A stretch of DNA of 63,725 bases, the filler included, from Guillardia theta CCMP2712 (lineage: Eukaryota; Protista; Cryptophyta), in the NCBI RefSeq assembly GCF_000315625.1. It is 5 parts of 5 records of this genome, joined end to end, with 100 filler letters (N's around TTAATTAATTAA, not from the genome) between each part and the next. Parts side by side here need not be neighbours in the genome. Positions count along the whole stretch, not along the records: positions 1 to 21,512 come from NW_005434623.1; 4 more parts are not named here. One strand, given 5' to 3'. Positions within the stretch are counted from its first letter, which is position 1. Every line of letters begins with the position of its first letter. Of this stretch, positions 1 through 11,000 are shown piece by piece. The notes under the pieces are model-generated. The model saw nothing but the letters and a program-made list of their open reading frames with translations, was not told where the DNA came from and ran no database searches. A program made the position numbers and the translations under genes.

Positions 1-1443
1 TTCCAGGATCCCTTCCAAGTAGAAGGGCATGTCTTCCATCAAGCGTCGAGCCTCTGCCTTGGTCGCCAGGGAGAGAGCTATCAGGCTCCCATCCCAGCTG
101 AGCGTGTCACGATCCTCCTCGACCTCGACGCTGACCAGCGTCACGCCTATCCTTCTTGCTAACTCCAACATGGCTCGCTTGACTCTCGTGATCGATGTGT
201 TACCTCCTCCGCACAGCGCTTCCATCTCCTTCCTCGAGAAGCGGCCTGTGCTCATGCTTGACCTCGACTTGATCTGTACTCTGAAGCTGCTGCGCCCCGC
301 ATGATCTCTCTCGCGGAGTGCCCTCCTTTGCTTAGCAATCTTTCCCCTAGGAACGAAGGTGTCGGCTGTGAGCTCGACTGCAAACGTCTCTCTGAGCTTG
401 GCGTCGTCGCTGATGAGAGTGAGATGTACCCCCTCCATCGCCTCGCTCTCTCTGAACGAGGCCAAGGTCTGCTCGCAACTTGCCGTCGAAGGCGAGCTGA
501 GCACCCACTCCAGCTCTTTTTGCTGGAGAGTGCCAGTACTTGCCCCAACAGCAACATACGTCTTCGGGCTCGGCCCCTTGCGACCTCTCTGCCCAGGACC
601 CTGCACGAGCATGCCCGCAAGTGGTTGTACCTCTGCGGCTGCAAGAGATTGCGAGAGCAGCTGAAATCGATAGATCTGAGCTATGTCGGCCGTCGACATT
701 CCTCCAAGAGCTAAGAGCTGTGATAGCTCGGCAAGGCTCCCTCCCTTGCCCCAAGGTCCTCGCTTGGCTCGAAGCTTGAAGGACCGGTCATGTGCAATGC
801 TCACCTCTGTGGCTCTGAACGATCTGCCGTCTATGCAGTATTCTCTCCTGCCTTCCCATAGCTCCATGGCTGCTTCATTCCGAAGGAAGGAGACGGTGAC
901 TGAGATGTCGTCTGCTCGTGCTATCTCAGGTCTGTAAGGTGCTTTCCACATGATGGCCTTGTCGACTCCATCGACTGAGTCTACCATGAGACCCAGTTCC
1001 ATAAGCTTCGATTTCAACTTGTCTTCTTGTCGAACATACATCGAGGAGATGCCCAGGAGAGTCATGGAGATGAAGGAGGTCCCCTCGGTGCCTTCTGTGC
1101 CGATATATGTCTCGACATTCTGCTTCTTGGCCTCCTCCATCTGTTGTATAAACCATGCTCTCGACTCTGAGCTCCATTCCCTCAGAGAGTCTTCAAACAG
1201 GTCGCGTCTCGCCTGCCGACATGTTGAGCGGATGGCTTCAGCGATAGCGTCGGGGGTGCATCCCCCCTCAGCTCTGCAAGCATGAGCTGTCCTACTACCA
1301 GGATACCGCTTCGCGAAGCTCTTCACCCTCTCGACGAGGTCGGCGGCCTCTTCGACGTGGCCTCCAGAGCGCTCGCCCTGCGTGTATTGGCATGATCTCC
1401 GATACAGCAGGCTGCGAACGCTCTCATCATACTGTAGTACCAT
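1..1443 (-). CDS. Telomere-associated element ORF, copy A (3'-partial, runs off the window edge; 481 codons from the first ATG, frame also open upstream to the telomeric junction)
   Basis: Hand translation of the minus strand from ATG 1443 (MVLQYDESVRSLLYRRSCQY...FISMTLLGISSMYV...VTVSFLRNEAAMELWEGRREYCIDGRSFRATEVS...ARRLMEDMPFYLEGILE) has no stop down to position 1. It is colinear with the two ORFs at 59542-61718 and with 62444-63034. Absent from the ORF track because there is no stop in the window. Confidence 0.9.
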   Translation of the reverse strand, partial: MVLQYDESVRSLLYRRSCQYTQGERSGGHVEEAADLVERVKSFAKRYPGSRTAHACRAEGGCTPDAIAEAIRSTCRQARRDLFEDSLREWSSESRAWFIQQMEEAKKQNVETYIGTEGTEGTSFISMTLLGISSMYVRQEDKLKSKLMELGLMVDSVDGVDKAIMWKAPYRPEIARADDISVTVSFLRNEAAMELWEGRREYCIDGRSFRATEVSIAHDRSFKLRAKRGPWGKGGSLAELSQLLALGGMSTADIAQIYRFQLLSQSLAAAEVQPLAGMLVQGPGQRGRKGPSPKTYVAVGASTGTLQQKELEWVLSSPSTASCEQTLASFRESEAMEGVHLTLISDDAKLRETFAVELTADTFVPRGKIAKQRRALRERDHAGRSSFRVQIKSRSSMSTGRFSRKEMEALCGGGNTSITRVKRAMLELARRIGVTLVSVEVEEDRDTLSWDGSLIALSLATKAEARRLMEDMPFYLEGILE

Positions 1444-1536
1444 GCTTAGAAAGCTGTTTGAACTATACGAACCTCTTGCTCGCAGCTTCCTCCGGTCCCC
1501 TTGCGCTCTCCCTACGCGCCGCAGAGCAGCATGCCT
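1..1536 (-). mobile_element. Putative telomere-associated retroelement-like unit, copy A
   Basis: Homologous to 59474-61960 and 62346-63023. Its 5' end (AGGCATGCTGCTC) abuts a telomeric tract. Confidence 0.65.
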
Positions 1537-1562
1537 CCTAAACCCTAAACCCTAAACCCTAA
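1537..1562 (-). repeat. Short interstitial telomeric tract (CCCTAAA) x ~3.7
   Basis: cctaaaccctaaaccctaaaccctaa. Confidence 0.95.
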
Positions 1563-1694
1563 GGGGGGACTTGTCCTGCGCGCAGTTAAGTGAAGGTATC
1601 AGTTAAGTTTGGGGGACAGCAGTCGACAGGATTGGGTTTGGTTCTCGCTGTCTTTTCTCTTCTCGCCGTTTGGCCGCTGTGCGACAGTAGTGTC

Positions 1695-1760
1695 AGGGTC
1701 AACCCTCCTTGACTCTCCTGATTGTCCTCGTACTGATTTTTAACTTAACTTTGAGTAAAG
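1695..1760. repeat. Half copy (right arm) of the palindromic element at 36669-36820
   Basis: ctctcctgattgtcctcgtactgatttttaacttaactttgagtaaag is identical to 36773-36820. Confidence 0.9.
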
Positions 1761-1897
1761 CAGTCCTCTAAACCCAGTCCTAAATCCGATCTGATGGGGA
1801 GTGAGCAAGCAAGGGGAGAAGGTCACTGAAAGCATACATAGAGAGAGAGATCACGAGCGGGTAAGACACCGAGGAAGAGCACAGAGTCGAGTGAAGG

Positions 1898-2935
1898 ATG
1901 AGAGAAAATTCTTCTCTGTTAAACCCTGAGATCCAGAGAGATAGATTATCAACTACGTTAGCGCGGATCCCAGTGAACTTAAACGGCCTAGCTCTTGGCC
2001 TCAGCGGCTTAGGATTGGCATGGAAAGCAGGAGATGATCTGCTCTTTCGTTCTCCCACCCTTCGTGGTTGCTCAGATATGGTTGCGATGTTCATGCTGAA
2101 CGCGTCTGGGTCCCTTATCTTGATGTACCTCTGCAAGCTCGTTGCTGCACCAAAAGCCTCGTTTGACGAGCTGAACTCAGCTGACTCCATCGCATCTTTG
2201 TGCACGATGGATATGGCGCTCATGTCGATAGCTCTGCTTCTGCGAATGCATGGAGTAACAGGGGCGAGCTTTCTTTTATGGTCTTGCGGATGTTTCCTTC
2301 ATTATCTCTTGCTCCTCTACTTCATCTATCGGGTCTTTGTGGTGGAGGGCTACAGCTGGTCCAAGTATCGCCCTTCATGGATGATTCCTCCGATAGGTAT
2401 CTGTATAGCAGCTGGAACAGGCTATGAGGTTGGTGTCGGCACGTTGGCAGATCTCTTCTTCTACCAGGGGCTTCTTGCATTTGCTTTCCTCTTCCCTGCT
2501 GCTGTTTTTCGCGCACATTTCTGCGGCTTGCCAGAAGAAGAGGTAAATGAACCGCAGTATGCTATCCTTGCGGCTCCATCTGCACTCCTTCTCTGCAACT
2601 GGATAACCATCGGAGGAGGCAGTCAAGACTGGCTCACTCACATTCTTTTCTTGGTCGAAATCTTCGCCGCATGTCTGGTTTTCGCAAAGATGCAAGTTTT
2701 CGCAAGATTTTCTTTCACGGTACATCAAGCCTCATTCACTTTCCCTGCAGACATAACAGCAAAGGCCATGATAATGTACACCTTGGTTGTCCTTCCTCAA
2801 AATTTCTTTTTTGCCTCTCTCAGTTTCATTCTTCTTGGTTTCGCTAGCATTGTTGTTTTGGTCGTCTCTTTGCGATATCTCACAGCTGCATTAGACGACA
2901 TAAGCGACAAGAGCCCGTTGACTCCTGTTGCGTAA
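1898..2935 (+). CDS. TDT (tellurite-resistance/dicarboxylate transporter, SLAC1/TehA) family membrane protein, intronless
   Basis: 345-aa ORF with about 10 hydrophobic helices; motifs IPVNLNGLALGLSGLG, PSWMIPPIGI, AILAAPSAL and ASFTFP are typical of TDT channels. Confidence 0.85.
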   Translation: MRENSSLLNPEIQRDRLSTTLARIPVNLNGLALGLSGLGLAWKAGDDLLFRSPTLRGCSDMVAMFMLNASGSLILMYLCKLVAAPKASFDELNSADSIASLCTMDMALMSIALLLRMHGVTGASFLLWSCGCFLHYLLLLYFIYRVFVVEGYSWSKYRPSWMIPPIGICIAAGTGYEVGVGTLADLFFYQGLLAFAFLFPAAVFRAHFCGLPEEEVNEPQYAILAAPSALLLCNWITIGGGSQDWLTHILFLVEIFAACLVFAKMQVFARFSFTVHQASFTFPADITAKAMIMYTLVVLPQNFFFASLSFILLGFASIVVLVVSLRYLTAALDDISDKSPLTPVA

Positions 2936-3736
2936 GTTAACGATCTAGAACCTTGTCGAAAAATTATGACAAATTTTCATGTTGATTGGTGTTCATGGAG
3001 GCAATATCAGATTTGTGATCTTAGTCGTAATGATTGCGATCAAAGCTCTGTTTTCTTGACCATCTTTTCAGCAATATTCTACGCCTCTAGTCGAGCTTCA
3101 CTTCTCTCTTTTGCTCCCGTTCCCCCCTTTTCACTCTCCTTTTGGCTTCTTTGGGGCTTTTAACCTATAAAACGAGCGCGAATACACACAAAGTTGTGCA
3201 GATGCTTGATACTGCAGATGATTCTATCTGCCTTTGAATTCAACAACCCAATTTGTTTGCTCCATTCTTTAGTCACAACCTAAAAATTCTCAAATTTGGC
3301 TTAGAAAGGAAGGAGGCTTGCGATTCTGTTTCTTGGCTGGTTTGATAGCAGCCTTCAGCTTGTTCTGATGCAAGATCAGCACATCAAAGGTCATGCAACT
3401 ATTGAAGAGCCAAAAGCACAAGATTGCAGTTCCCTACGCAAGATTGAGTTTGATCGCTTCAGGCTAGTACAAGGGTAGCACTTGCTTTGACAAGGCCAAG
3501 TAAGAAATAATATGAACTCATCCGAACGCCTCTCGATGCGTTGATTTCCTCAATGTGCATTGTTCCTCAACGCTGACTTCAGTTGCCGAGTTAGAAAACT
3601 GGGCACACAGATAGTTTACTAAATTTCAAACAAACTGGCAGGAAAAACAAGCCTGTATTTAGTTGTCTTTCTGCTGCTATCCGTTAAGCATTCAACCCAC
3701 TTTGCAAAACTTGGGGAGTCGGAGGGCGCAAAAAAT

Positions 3737-4889
3737 TCATGCACAAGATTGGTTGCAAGTCTTTTCCCCAAAAGCAAAAACCAAAGAAATGCGGTCATTG
3801 GATCTTCGAACCAGATTCTTGGGTGTCCCCCACCAGTCACAAAAGACCTCCTGCCCCCCGGCGATCTCGACCTGCAAGCCTGTCCTGATCGCATGTCGCC
3901 AAGAGTTCCTCGAAAGACCGGAGAAGAGCACAAGGGTGCGATGCTTCACGAGCACGTCCACGTCCTGATCCGTCCACGACTTGAGCGCGATCTGCACGGG
4001 GTCCTTGCGCTGAAACTCCCCTGGGGGGACGAAGGTGATTACAGAGTTGGAGAGCAGGTTGAGGATGAACACGTTTTCGCCATCCTGCAGAGGATCGAGA
4101 TGAGGGTCGAGCTTGAAGAAGCCGTTGGTCCTCCGGTTGATGGTCAGGTCTCGCGGCTTACCGACGCAGAAAGCTCGAGAGTCCTGGATGGACTCCAAGA
4201 TTGCTCTGAGAGCCGGAGGGACTTTATCTACTTTGAAATCATCACCGTATCCCCATGGCGCTGCTGACTGCTCGGGAAACTCTTGTCTTCCTGTCACCCG
4301 TAGCGTGTTGCCAATATCCAGACTCTTCTTCACCTCCTTCTTCTCGTCCATGACCAACACCCCCCCATCCCCGTGATGTGAGTACCCGTGTGCCGCAAGC
4401 ACCTCACTGGCCTCACGCAAGGCGATGGACGCCAGGGCCTCCGAGCAGAAGTCGGGTTGAACGCGAATGCCAAGATGGTCTAACTTCTCGGACGTGAGCT
4501 TGCCCCCTTCATTGCAAGTCACTTGCAGGTAACATGTGCACACATGCGCTACCTCCAACGCGAATGCATCGCTCGACGTCTTCACGTAGCACCTGAGACA
4601 AGGCAGTGAGCGTTTAGAAGAACACAGGAACAAGAGGCACGACAGGACGATGACACTTGGACCTCAGCGTCTCCTGCGGTAGCTCGTCCTCCTCCTTGGC
4701 CTGTATCCACGGCTTCCACAGGCTTCGCCTTCCGTCCGAGCTCATCAGTCGCGCATGATACGGCGGCGTAGTGGTCTGCAGGCGTCGTCCCGTGGAGAAG
4801 CCATAAGCGCTTCTCCACTGCAGGTATCGCCCTCGAGAGCCATAGACGCTTGTCAGCACGGCCTGCCTGGCTCTCATCGCCATCGTCAT
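3737..4889 (-). CDS. AlkB-like 2OG-Fe(II) dioxygenase (multi-exon; 5' exon structure approximate)
   Basis: TIN...PHLD (HxD)...VFILNLLS...LVLFSGLSRNSWRHAI...RISLVF; Arg-rich N-terminus resembles an organellar presequence. Confidence 0.75.
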
Positions 4890-4964
4890 GGCGAGGGTGC
4901 TGATGACGGGTGGTCTTAAGGATGCAAACAGGGGTACAGTAGTTGGGTACTGTCAAGGGGGTTT

Positions 4965-7900
4965 AGGGGAGCCCACGCCTAGCCATGTAGGGCGCAACCT
5001 GGGTTGCAAGAATGTCTTGCTTACCAGCTCATTCTTATGGCGTCTTCATGTGCGAAGATGGCAGACTAGGAGAAACATCTGCTACTCATGTCCGGAGCTC
5101 AAGTGCGAGACCCTTGAAATAATTGATTCAATTCCAAGCATTGATCATCTTTAATAAAAAGAGCATGACGTCTCATGAAAGGTGTGAATAGCAGGAGATA
5201 TTAAAGCATAGAGCTTGAGAATGATTCGATCGGTTCTGTGTTAGTTACTTTCTGAGATTTGGCCATCACCGTGCATGCGACACAGCAGCATCGCCTTGCC
5301 GCGAGCTGTCTCAGATCCTGAGGTCTACAGACATTCTCGTCTATGGCAATCACTCGTAATCATGCTATCAGCTACCAGAGAGCTCACCCCGAAAACAGGC
5401 CGAGCTTGCAGACAGAACTGCCCACCAAGACGCAACCCAACAAGGTAGCTGGTCTTGCTTCACATATCCTCAGGCTCTCCTCAAGCTATAAAAGCAAGCA
5501 ACGACTCAGATGTTTATCACCAGCATGGAAGGAAGTAACATGCGATCAAGCTACAGCACAGGCAATGTGAGGAGCATGTGAGTAGAGTTCAACTGATGCG
5601 GAAGGTCTCAGGGGCATGTTGGGCATGAGGGAAGAGGAAACAAGCGATGAGAAGCGATTTAACCAGCGACACTCCCTACACCTCAAGCAGGACAAGAGGA
5701 GACATCTAGAAGTGAGTGGCCATGCCCGGCATTCCCATCCCAGGCATCGAGCCCATGTTAGGAACGCTCATGCCAGGCATCCCCATGCCGCCCATAGTCG
5801 CCATGCCGCCCATGTTCATGCCCATTCCACCCCCCATTTGCGAGTAAGCATCCATGCCTGGGCCCTGCGAGTTTCTTCACAAACGAAGAGGAATGAACGC
5901 AAAGTCAAACCATGGTGAGCATGAGGGGACCTCCCTGCATGGACATGTCCACACCCATTCCCGCCTGCTGCTCCATGGCCTCTTGATGCTTTTTGTCTTC
6001 CTCCTTCTTCTCGCTCTCAATCACGAGCTGATCAACCTGATATTATGTCACGAGGGGAATGTACATCTCTCGGATGATCACCTTGGCCGTGTAGTTCTTG
6101 GTGACCTGAAGGAGGGTTGGTCGGTCAGAGCTTGACAGAAGCATCGGCAGATCCATCGCACCTGAATGACGTAGGGCATGGCGTAGTCCATGATGTTGTT
6201 GCGCCATGCAAGCTCCATGACAACATCCGGCCTGACCAGCTCAAAGCAGGTGAAGAGACAAGCGGCAAAGCACTCCTTGGCCTCAACCTGACAGGGTGTC
6301 AGACTAACAAGTGCCTGCAGAACACAAGGCTGCATACCTCCACAAAGAAGCGCAAAAGTTGCTCGACCAGCTCCGGATCCTGAGAGGTAGCAGCAACGTG
6401 CATGGCATCTTTGTACAGCTTGTCTTTCTTTGAGAGTTCCAAAGCCTGGGGGAGAAAGTAAGATTGACTTTGCTTCAGTCCGAAGGTACGTACCTGCCCA
6501 TATCTCTTGTTCTTGGCAGGGGAGCCCACGCCTAGCCATGTAGGGCGCAACCTGGGTTGCAAGAATGTCTTGCTTACCAGCTCATTCTTATGGCGTCTTC
6601 ATGTGCGAAGATGGCAGACTAGGAGAAACATCTGCTACTCATGTCCGGAGCTCAAGTGCGAGACCCTTGAAATAATTGATTCAATTCCAAGCATTGATCA
6701 TCTTTAATAAAAAGAGCATGACGTCTCATGAAAGGTGTGAATAGCAGGAGATATTAAAGCATAGAGCTTGAGTATGATTCGATCGGTTCTGTGTTAGTTA
6801 CTTTCTGAGATTTGGCCATCACCGTGCATGCGACACAGCAGCATCGCCTTGCCGCGAGCTGTCTCAGATCCTGAGGTCTACAGACATTCTCGTCTATGGC
6901 AATCACTCGTAATCATGCTATCAGCTACCAGAGAGCTCACCCCGAAAACAGGCCGAGCTTGCAGACAGAACTGCCCACCAAGACGCAACCCAACAAGGTA
7001 GCTGGTCTTGCTTCACATATCCTCAGGCTCTCCTCAAGCTATAAAAGCAAGCAACGACTCAGATGTTTATCACCAGCATGGAAGGAAGTAACATGCGATC
7101 AAGCTACAGCACAGGCAATGTGAGGAGCATGTGAGTAGAGTTCAACTGATGCGGAAGGTCTCAGGGGCATGTTGGGCATGAGGGAAGAGGAAACAAGCGA
7201 TGAGAAGCGATTTAACCAGCGACACTCCCTACACCTCAAGCAGGACAAGAGGAGACATCTAGAAGTGAGTGGCCATGCCCGGCATTCCCATCCCAGGCAT
7301 CGAGCCCATGTTAGGAACGCTCATGCCAGGCATCCCCATGCCGCCCATAGTCGCCATGCCGCCCATGTTCATGCCCATTCCACCCCCCATTTGCGAGTAA
7401 GCATCCATGCCTGGGCCCTGCGAGTTTCTTCACAAACGAAGAGGAATGAACGCAAAGTCAAACCATGGTGAGCATGAGGGGACCTCCCTGCATGGACATG
7501 TCCACACCCATTCCCGCCTGCTGCTCCATGGCCTCTTGATGCTTTTTGTCTTCCTCCTTCTTCTTCTCGCTCTCAATCACGAGCTGATCAACCTGATATT
7601 ATGTCACGAGGGGAATGTACATCTCTCGGATGATCACCTTGGCCGTGTAGTTCTTGGTGACCTGAAGGAGGGTTGGTCGGTCAGAGCTTGACAGAAGCAT
7701 CGGCAGATCCATCGCACCTGAATGACGTAGGGCATGGCGTAGTCCATGATGTTGTTGCGCCATGCAAGCTCCATGACAACATCCGGCCTGACCAGCTCAA
7801 AGCAGGTGAAGAGACAAGCGGCAAAGCACTCCTTGGCCTCAACCTGACAGGGTGTCAGACTAACAAGTGCCTGCAGAACACAAGGCTGCATACCTCCACA

Positions 7901-8072
7901 AAGAAGCGCAAAAGTTGCTCGACCAGCTCCGGATCCTGAGAGGTAGCAGCAACGTGCATGGCATCTTTGTACAGCTTGTCTTTCTTTGAGAGTTCCAAAG
8001 CCTGGGGGAGAAAGTAAGATTGACTTTGCTTCAGTCCGAAGGTACGTACCTGCCCATATCTCTTGTTCTTGG
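4965..8072. repeat. Direct tandem duplication, period 1553 bp (4965-6516 and 6518-8072), covering the clathrin 3' exons and downstream DNA
   Basis: Near-identical copies. Differences seen: A/T at 5220 vs 6773, and one extra CTT near 7560. Confidence 0.95.
5706..6516 (-). pseudogene. Duplicated 3' fragment of clathrin heavy chain (or assembly/haplotype duplicate)
   Basis: Same exons as 7259-8072 with no upstream exons. Confidence 0.6.
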
Positions 8073-11000
8073 TGTAGAGAGTTCCAGCTACTCGCCTCAT
8101 CTCCAACAAAGGATGCTACATGAAAAAATCAGTACTTCACAACACGCAGTCGGGATAGACCTTCTGGAGCTGTCCAGCGAGCTCAAGCTGATCATAGTTG
8201 GTGTACGTCGAGACTGAAACATCCAACTTCTCGTAATCCTCCTCTTCGATGTAGATGTTGTTCAATGCCTCATTCACTGGTGATAGCCATTACAACAGGC
8301 ATTACCCGAGCACCACATGGAAATACCTGACTTCATGTCGTGATGCTGCACGTGCTCGAGGTATTCTTTGATAAGAGGTAGCTTGCGCTTCATGAGAACA
8401 ACAACACGTGAGTGGTCCAGCATTCCTTCCTTCTTCGACATAGAGATGAGAAGGTCATTGAGCTCCATAGGATGCTCCTCCACGTAGAACTGAACAGCCT
8501 TGTACAGGTTCTCGGGGTTGGCACAGCGGACGAGCACACTCTTGAATTCAGTGTGCTCCCAAGCATCGGCAGCATGGTTCATCATGGTCAATGCAGCATT
8601 GTCTGCCTCATCATTCTGCACGTAGAGGAAGCACAGGGCCTGCCAGTTCTCGTACCGCTCACACTCCCTGATGACCCTGGGGATGTTCATGCGAGAAAAG
8701 AACTGCTTCAAGTGATCCATGAGCTTGGATTCCTTGTACTTCACGTAGAGGATGGCAAGCTCAGTGAAGATACCCGATGAGTTTCCACCCATGTCCGTGC
8801 CCAACCCGGTCTCCAACATGGCAATCAGCTGCTCGAAGTGACCCCGTCTTTCGTAAACCTGGAACAAGGGTCAGACTTCATCAACCAGCCTTGGCATCGC
8901 TTGCCTTCATGAGCTCTTCGATCTCATCAGGAATGATCATGAGGTTCAAGCCGCACATTTGTGCAAGACGGAATTCTTCAGCATCAACGCAAGCAACCAA
9001 AACTTCCTTCCAGGTCCTGGTGAAATTGGCCTAATGAAAGGTTCATCAATCAATCGCTCACTCGCTCATCCAACGCTTAATACCTTGCGAGCGGCTTCGA
9101 CTGCATCTGCGTACTTTTGCAGACGAACCAAACAAGAAGCAAGCTTGTCATGCTTCGAGATACTGCTGAACAGCATCCTGGCAGCTTCGAACATGCCCAT
9201 TTCAGCACATCGCTCGCCAACCTCCTCGACGTTGGCAATATTGGGGGAAGAAACGAATTCTTCAAGCTCGGACATCATGTTTGTCCTTGCATACGACATA
9301 AGCATCGCAGTGTCGATGACCGAGCGAGCTTCCTGAGTTCCGAAGTCCTTCTTCCTGGCCATCTGCAAGGTTGAAAGTACTTCAGATAGAAGAATATCCA
9401 CTTGAGAAAACTTGCCTGGAGGAAGATGATGAGAGGATGATATTGGTCAGCATTTTGAGCCGCTTCAATGACACGGAGGTAGTCGGAAGGATCCTTAGCT
9501 TTGACATACGAGTCGATGGCATCGGCAACCTGCGCGCAAACTCATCAACAAACATCAACGACTGCCGCGTCTTCGCACCTGTCCAGCATTGAGCTGCGCA
9601 TTTGCAAGGGTTGACCAGGTCTCATCCAGATTGCAGGCAGTGGCAAAATCCTTAGCCCTCTCAAGGTCTCTGATGTTCTCAAGCAGAACTCCAATAGCTG
9701 CTTTCTTGTCATCGAATTTCTTGTAGATGACAAAAGCCTGAACGCAGGTGTCAACAAGTGCTGAAATAAACCACTCCGCCAACCTCTTCGTAAAGTCCCT
9801 CGGAAACACAAATGGAAGCGATGTCTGCGCCATCAAACTTGTCCAATCTGTTGATGTACTCCATGACTCTCCCCTTGTGCTCCTCCGGAAGGTCCCCTAC
9901 ATCCTCCATGGTCACCTTGAAAACATCGACATAAACGAGAAAATCACCAGCACCAGCCACTTGCACAGCAGTCAGAATCAAGAGATTCTGAAGATTCTTG
10001 TTTGCAGCGAACTCAGAATCTATGCCATTAATGTCAACAGCAATGTTTGAAATGAAATGTTCAACAAAGGCAAACCTGGTCTGAGAACAATCTTCTCGAG
10101 CAGCTCAATAAGCTCGTTAGGCAAATTTGCAGTCATGAAGGCCTTGACAGTGCAGGCAACGGCCTCGCTGTTCCTACAGGAGGGGAGCGCAGTTGAAACA
10201 ACCTTTTGTGTCCAGCCATCAAGAAAATTGAATTCATCCTAGAACAACTCTTACTTGGTCAACGAGAGCTCGCTTGTGCTTGTTCTCATCGGTAAGAACT
10301 TTGGCCCACAGGTCAAGATCCTGTCTCTCGACCAAGAATTTGGCCTACACTGATATTAGCATGTCAACAGCAAGGTCGGCAGTTTCTTGACCTGTGCCTT
10401 GTACAGCGCATTTTCATTGGTGACGGCAATAGCCTCGTCATCACACAAGCCACCAGGAGCAGAACTAGATGATCCAGTCACATGGATTTCTCATGAGGCA
10501 AGTTGTCAAGGTACCTATAGACCACAAAGGCAAGGTGGGGGTCTCTCTTTGCACAATAAGCGCCAACGACTTTGTGATCGTAGTAAGAGTTCGACGCCAG
10601 GAATTTCTCCGGGTTCTGAAGAGAAACAGTTAAGGATTGAGTCAAATCCTTGGGCAGGTTGTGTGCCTGATTGGTGTCAATGTAGATCATGGCAAGTGCA
10701 TTGTGAAGTGCAGGATCTTGTTCTCCCTCATCAAAACGAGCCTCAAGCCATGGGAGCAGAAACCTTTCAAGACCAAATTATGCAACGAATATAAATCAAA
10801 CCAGATACAAACCTCAGGCGATTTCTCTTTTGGCATGAAGCAATCAAAGGCTCTACTGGGCATTGATTGCGCACACTCATCACAAGAGAACGAATCTGAT
10901 CTTCAGGGCATCCGGCATCGATCAAAGCTCCAACAACCTGAACAAAATTGTTTTGTCAGCAACATGACAACGTCTCAGCAACAAATCGAAATGTAGCACC

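Noticed and set aside
29-1285. Plus-strand ORFs over copy A, and minus-strand ORFs over 59617-62857
   Set aside because: Antisense shadows of a codon-biased real ORF; Ser-rich and fragmented.
4966-5025. tRNA/snRNA-like structured RNA (hairpins gcaacc-tg-ggttgc and gcaaga-atg-tcttgc)
   Set aside because: Overlapping short hairpins with no cloverleaf, no T-loop motif and no recognisable family.
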